From: Camelus ferus
Lineage: Eukaryota
Length of the DNA stretch: 64,000 nt
Assembly (NCBI RefSeq): GCF_009834535.1
Contig: NC_045711.1
Location: 44,144,001 to 44,208,000, forward strand
Direction: 5' to 3'
The translations under genes were made by a program, and so were the position numbers. The notes under the pieces are model-generated. The model had not been told where the DNA came from. It was given only the letters and a program-made list of their open reading frames with translations, and searched no databases. Shown piece by piece: positions 58,991-64,000 of this stretch (position 1 is its first letter; each line of letters begins with the position of its first letter).

Positions 58991-61275
58991 TTGATGCTTT
59001 CTTCCTTAACTTCTCTGTACCCCAATCTGGGTGGTCCCTCTAAGGTCATCTGTAAAGTAGGGTATTCATCCCTTTCTCAAATAACTTGTTCAGTGAGTAA
59101 CAGTGTAACAGCTGACGGTGCTTTGTAAATGGTACCCATTTTGCTTGGTCTAGTTCAGCCTCAGGCTGTGAAATAGCTATGAAATGCTTGTCAAATGCCT
59201 GCACTGTATCTCCTCAGCTCCACAGAGTACAACCAGCCGCACATTCAGAATCACATCTGTGCCCCCATCTCCCCAGCAGCCTTCCTAGACCTGGGACCCA
59301 TGATGCAACCCTTGGTTTTCATCTTGCATGGACTCCTGGTACAAGCTGCACCTGCTTCCCCCCTCCCCCATCTGTGCAGCATCTTTCCAGAGTAGACCCA
59401 AGGAGGATGACAGGGGTAGGGGAAGGAGAGGGGCATCGTTGAACCCTGCTCCTGGTGATGACCAAGTGTGAGCCCATCCAATCCTCAGTGGCTCCAGGAG
59501 GAAGGTGTCATGATCCTTCAATTACAGATGAGCCAGTGGAGGCTCCAAGGTCAGTGACATGTCCAAGGCTCCTTTGCTTTCCTGCCACATCAGGCTGCTT
59601 GAGGAGGTAAGTCAGATACTGGCAGCCCCCAGCACAAACTTGCTCTTGCTACAATATCCTTAAAAACCAAATGGTGGGATTAGGCAGTTCCAGGGGTGGA
59701 ATTAGGCAGGGAAGGGAGATGTGTCTGTGCCAAAGAACAGGGTGATGGGGGTGGAGGTGGGGAGGAGGGTGCTCGTGCTTGGTCATGCTAATTTTGACAT
59801 TTTCCTGCACGTCTGCTTGTCATCATCAACTTATAATTTAACCTCGTTGTGGTGATGCCTCTGGAATGTCAACCAGCCTTGCTGGAATTTCATTACAGCC
59901 CGGCAGCTGGCCTTGGTATTTCGGATACAAACGATGTGCAGCTGCATTCTGGCCCTGCTGTCTTTATCCCCCACCTCGCAAATGGCGGCATTAGGCACAC
60001 TGAATCCGCAGAGATATTCTGTGCACCAAGAAGAGGGCTGGTGGGTTCCACCAGGAGCCTTTCCCACAGATTCTCTGCCTGAGCCAATTAACCCAGAGTC
60101 ATTGCTGAAAAGCATGAGATGCTGACGATGGATCTGGGAGGCCAACCCCAGGGCTGGATGGAGGGGAAGTGGCAAAGGATGAAACTTCCCTATATCTGTT
60201 GTTTTCAAAGCATCGTGGCAATGGTCTGGTGACTTACGTAGGCTGGGGAGCTGGTGGTGTTCCCATCTCATAAAGTGAAAGTTACACCCCAGAGAGGGGA
60301 ATGATTTCAGGTTCACCGGGATAAAGTAATACAAAGGCACATACTCCACATCCAGATTTTGCACTCATTCATTTATCCATCCAACAAATATTTATTGAGC
60401 ACTTACTCGGAGCCAGGCATCGTGCCTGGCAGATGATACAGTTTCTCTATCCTTTAGACATGAGACGTTTATCTGTAGCATCTTCCCCTTTGGGGACCTC
60501 TCCTAAGGGACATCCTTCCTCAATTCCCGACATCCTATAGCCATTTTCTTCCCTTGGCCCCTCTGGCCACATCAGAGTCTCTCTCTGCTAAGGCAGGCTG
60601 TGATGTCCCTCGATTAGACCTGAGTGTACCTAGGTTTCCTTGTCTGCCGCATTCCAACAGCAGCCTCGTGACACAGATCCTTCCCAGGGAAAAGAGGCCC
60701 GGTCCTGATACAGGATTCCTGCATCTTGATGAGCAGGATGGAGAGCCACTGGGGGCCGGGGGACTTTCTTGGTCCTGAAAGCACTGTGTCAGCAGCTGCC
60801 CGCCTGGCCTGTGGGTTCTACTGGCTTTGCCAGCCCTTTGCATCATAGTGTGGTCTGGAAATCCCAGGCCATGATCCTGCCAGAGCCATGAGACTCTGAG
60901 ATGCAGAGTCCCAGCACCAGGCCGGAGATACTGAATTGGGGAAGGGGCCAGTAGGCACAGGAGTGAGTTCATGGCTGAGACCACGCTGGGCCCAGATCTT
61001 TCCCGGGTTGAGCGGTTCACTGCGCCAGTGGCTGGGGTGGGCGTCTTCCCTGCTGGATGTGTCCACCCCGTGATGCTCGAACTGCAGCTTCACGAAATCT
61101 GAATCTCTTAAGTTCTGCCCCACTGTTTCTAAGCTTCTCAGGAAGAGGTTCATTCTATTGAGGTCAGATATTCAGCTGGCTTGGGAGGGGTTGAATTCAT
61201 GGAGGAATTTCTAGAATCTAGTCTGACACGGGAACTTCCTTCCCCTGAACCTCTTTTATTTTAACCATGAAAGTT

Positions 61276-61276
<1 letters not shown>

Positions 61277-61306
<30 letters not shown>
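61277..61306. repeat. Poly(A)30 mononucleotide run
   Basis: 30 consecutive A with no recognisable element upstream. Confidence 0.95.
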
Positions 61307-61307
<1 letters not shown>

Positions 61308-61720
61308 CAGGGCTCTTTTCAAAGCTGCAAGTACCTGGGAGTACTGGGGGTGGCCAGGGAGGTAGATAGAGTGAAACACAAGGACAAGACCCATGGAGAC
61401 ACACAGATGGAGAAGCACGCACCCTGCCAGCCAAACACACACAGGCACAAAAGCAGAGAGAGAGGTCGCTGCAGAGTCAGGATCTGGGAACCCAGGGCCG
61501 GATGAAGGGCCATACAGAGCAGATGGCCCCGAGCTGCCCACAGCACAGGCAGGTCAGTCCAGACCAGTCGCTGGGGCCAGCCTGCCTCTTCGTGGCTGTG
61601 TGACCAGGACACCCTGCCCTGTCTCTAGACTTCAGTTTCCCCAGCTTTGAAATAAGGACAGGGCTCACCTCTGACTCACACGTTTGCTGTGATGCTGAGA
61701 TGAACTCCTTTCTTACAAAG

Positions 61721-61910
61721 CGTGTGCAGTCGTGCCCGTCGGAGCGTCTACATTCACAGCACACGGCAGGGGTGGTGCGGGCTGGGGTGGGCGGGCAGGG
61801 CGAGTCCTACGTCATGGTTTTACTTCTCTGACAGCGCCCATGTCAAGTATCCGTGTCAAGTACCCGTGCCGGTCGCAGCGCGCTGGGAGAGCCAGGCCGC
61901 CCCCGGGTGT
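61721..61910. promoter_or_regulatory. Small CpG-island-like segment with a G-quadruplex motif
   Basis: 19 CpGs counted in 61721-61920; six G-runs in 61769-61800. Confidence 0.45.
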
Positions 61911-63176
61911 CAGTCCTGGGCCAGCTCCTCTCAGAAGCCACAAACCCTGCCTTGGGGAGAGGGGAGGTGTGGGCCGTGACAGGGAGGGATGGGGGTTTGG
62001 ATGGAAAGTGTTCTGACCCCACCAGTGAATTCTGGTGTATGTTTCGGCGGAGGTAGCACATGTGAGGGGTCCCCTCCCCTCTGCCCCCGCTCACTTGCAG
62101 GCCTCCTCAACATGGGAAAATCAAAGAGAAGAAACACTCAGCTGGGACCGTGGCCTTGGTGCTCTCCAGCAGCAGCTTCCCCACATCCATGGGCCATGGC
62201 CACATGTGACCAAGGTGGGCAGCAGGTGGCAGGAATGCAAGACCGCCTCAGAAGCCTGAGGCCCAGGCTCCCTGCCAGTCCATCAGAGGGGACCCTGGGC
62301 TGGCACTTTCTTAGGAACAGGAGAGTGACCATTCACGCTGCCGCCCGCCTCTCCCCTCCCTTCTGTCCCATGAGATGAGAGCTGCTCTGTGCCTGGCAGT
62401 GGGTCACGGAGACCCCGCTCACCGGAGCTCACAGTTTCCCGGCGACTGCTGATCAGAGGCCATCAGAGAACTCACCTTCCTCACCTCCACCCAGCCAGGC
62501 TCCACCAAGCCCCAGGCACTCTCTGACCCAGGTGTCCCCTCCCTCCGTGTACAGAGCCCCTTGGGGAGCCAAAGAGAGTCATCACGCCCCAAGGACATCA
62601 TGCTGAGCGGGAGCCAGCACCAGCCCTCCCTGCCATGACCTCCTCAGGTACTAGGGTGGGTCCTACCTGGTCCTCTCAGGGTAAGAGGGGATAGAAAGAC
62701 CCCAGGTGTCAGGAAAAGATTTCAAAGCCCACCCCCTCCTGCAAAGACCCCCCACTTATTCCTCCTAACAGCATTCCTGCCACATGAGGGCCAGTCACGC
62801 TGGCCCCTGTGAGAGGGGAAGTGCAGGGGTGCCAAGGTCATTTCTCTAAGGTGACACAACATAAATGGCCAGCCCTTGACTTACAGGGGCCCAATCGCAC
62901 ATTCCGTCTTCACTCCGGGTCCTCCATCCTTTGCTCACTCACTGCCAGCAACCAGGAACTCGGGAAACTGTCTCCACAGAGAAGAGCTGCTGGAGGCCCA
63001 GCACAGCTCACCACACCTCCCGGTGCCCATCAGGCACCCTCCCCACGTCTGCTGGACGCAGCCACAGCAAGGGCCCGAGCCTCTTAGTATGCCTGGAGCT
63101 CTGAGCTGAGCCCCCACTCACGGTGAGCTTTGCAGAAGATCAGACACCAGCACAAGAGGTGCAGGCTCGAAGCCAA

Positions 63177-63327
63177 NNNNNNNNNNNNNNNNNNNNNNNN
63201 NNNNNNNNNNNNNNNNNNNNNNNNNNNNNNNNNNNNNNNNNNNNNNNNNNNNNNNNNNNNNNNNNNNNNNNNNNNNNNNNNNNNNNNNNNNNNNNNNNNN
63301 NNNNNNNNNNNNNNNNNNNNNNNNNNN
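63177..63327. other. Assembly gap (151 N)
   Basis: N run. Confidence 1.
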
Positions 63328-64000
63328 GGACGTTGGAACAAGCATTAGAGGTTAGAGCCACAGACGCAGAGCCAGACAGGTGCTAGAGTGGGGACAGACA
63401 GACTTCCGCCCACAGCCACGTATCCTCAGGACAAGAGCCCAAGGACAGAGAGAGCTCCAGCAAGGCTCTCAGTAGGGGAAGAGGGACGTCACTGAGGATG
63501 AGGGGCTGGGCTTCCCCTCCAACCCTGCCACTCAGCCAAGGTCAGCTTTTACAAAACAGAGACATCTCCCTGTGGAGATTAGTGTAACCAGAAATGACTC
63601 AGGGGGTCAGAAGCAAAGGAGGATGGGGATGTCAGGGGGAGGGGCTCTCAGGAAGCGGGGAGGGGCTCTCCCTAGAGTCGGGTAGGTGAGGCAGCAGCTG
63701 ATGGGGGATGCAGTGATGTACTTCCCAGGCCCCTCCCCAGGAAGGAGGGACTTCCGCCTTTCAGCTACTGGGCACACTGCCTACAGGAAGCCCTCCACTG
63801 TAGAGAGCAGCTTGGTCCAAGATCACACCCTTTCCCCAGGGTGGTCCAGATCCAGTGCCTGATAGACAGGAAGGTACTGAGGCCTACATCCCTGATCTCA
63901 AATTGGGACAACTCAGAAGGCTCACTGCATATCCATACCTCCTCAAAGCATGGGTTCAGGTGTCCTGAGGCACCGTCGCATCTCGGCTTTTCCCTCTGCC

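Overview
Mammalian nuclear DNA, most likely camelid. That inference rests on one Vic-1-like tRNA-derived SINE, cetartiodactyl-type L1 3' ends, and no ruminant, pig, horse or carnivore SINEs that I could recognise. The window reads as moderately GC-rich intronic or intergenic sequence. It is densely paved with ancient repeats (MIR, L2, MLT1/LTR33, MER5A/20/33/58B/91, old L1M) and contains two short assembly gaps. I recognise no protein-coding exon, RNA gene or pseudogene and cannot name a host gene. The ORF track looks like chance ORFs, many of them inside repeats. The non-repeat signals worth following up are several CpG/TF-motif clusters (8.0, 12.9, 15.5, 51.2 and 61.8 kb), a set of unverified splice-site-bounded exon candidates on both strands, and small mutational or retrotransposition footprints: a TSD-flanked chimeric L1-tail insert, a template-switch palindrome in MER20, a short L1 3' transduction and a 44-bp duplication. 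I found no convincing novel multi-gene system. Repeat family names come from my recall of consensus sequences and repeat boundaries are approximate (about +/-30 bp); nothing was aligned or searched.
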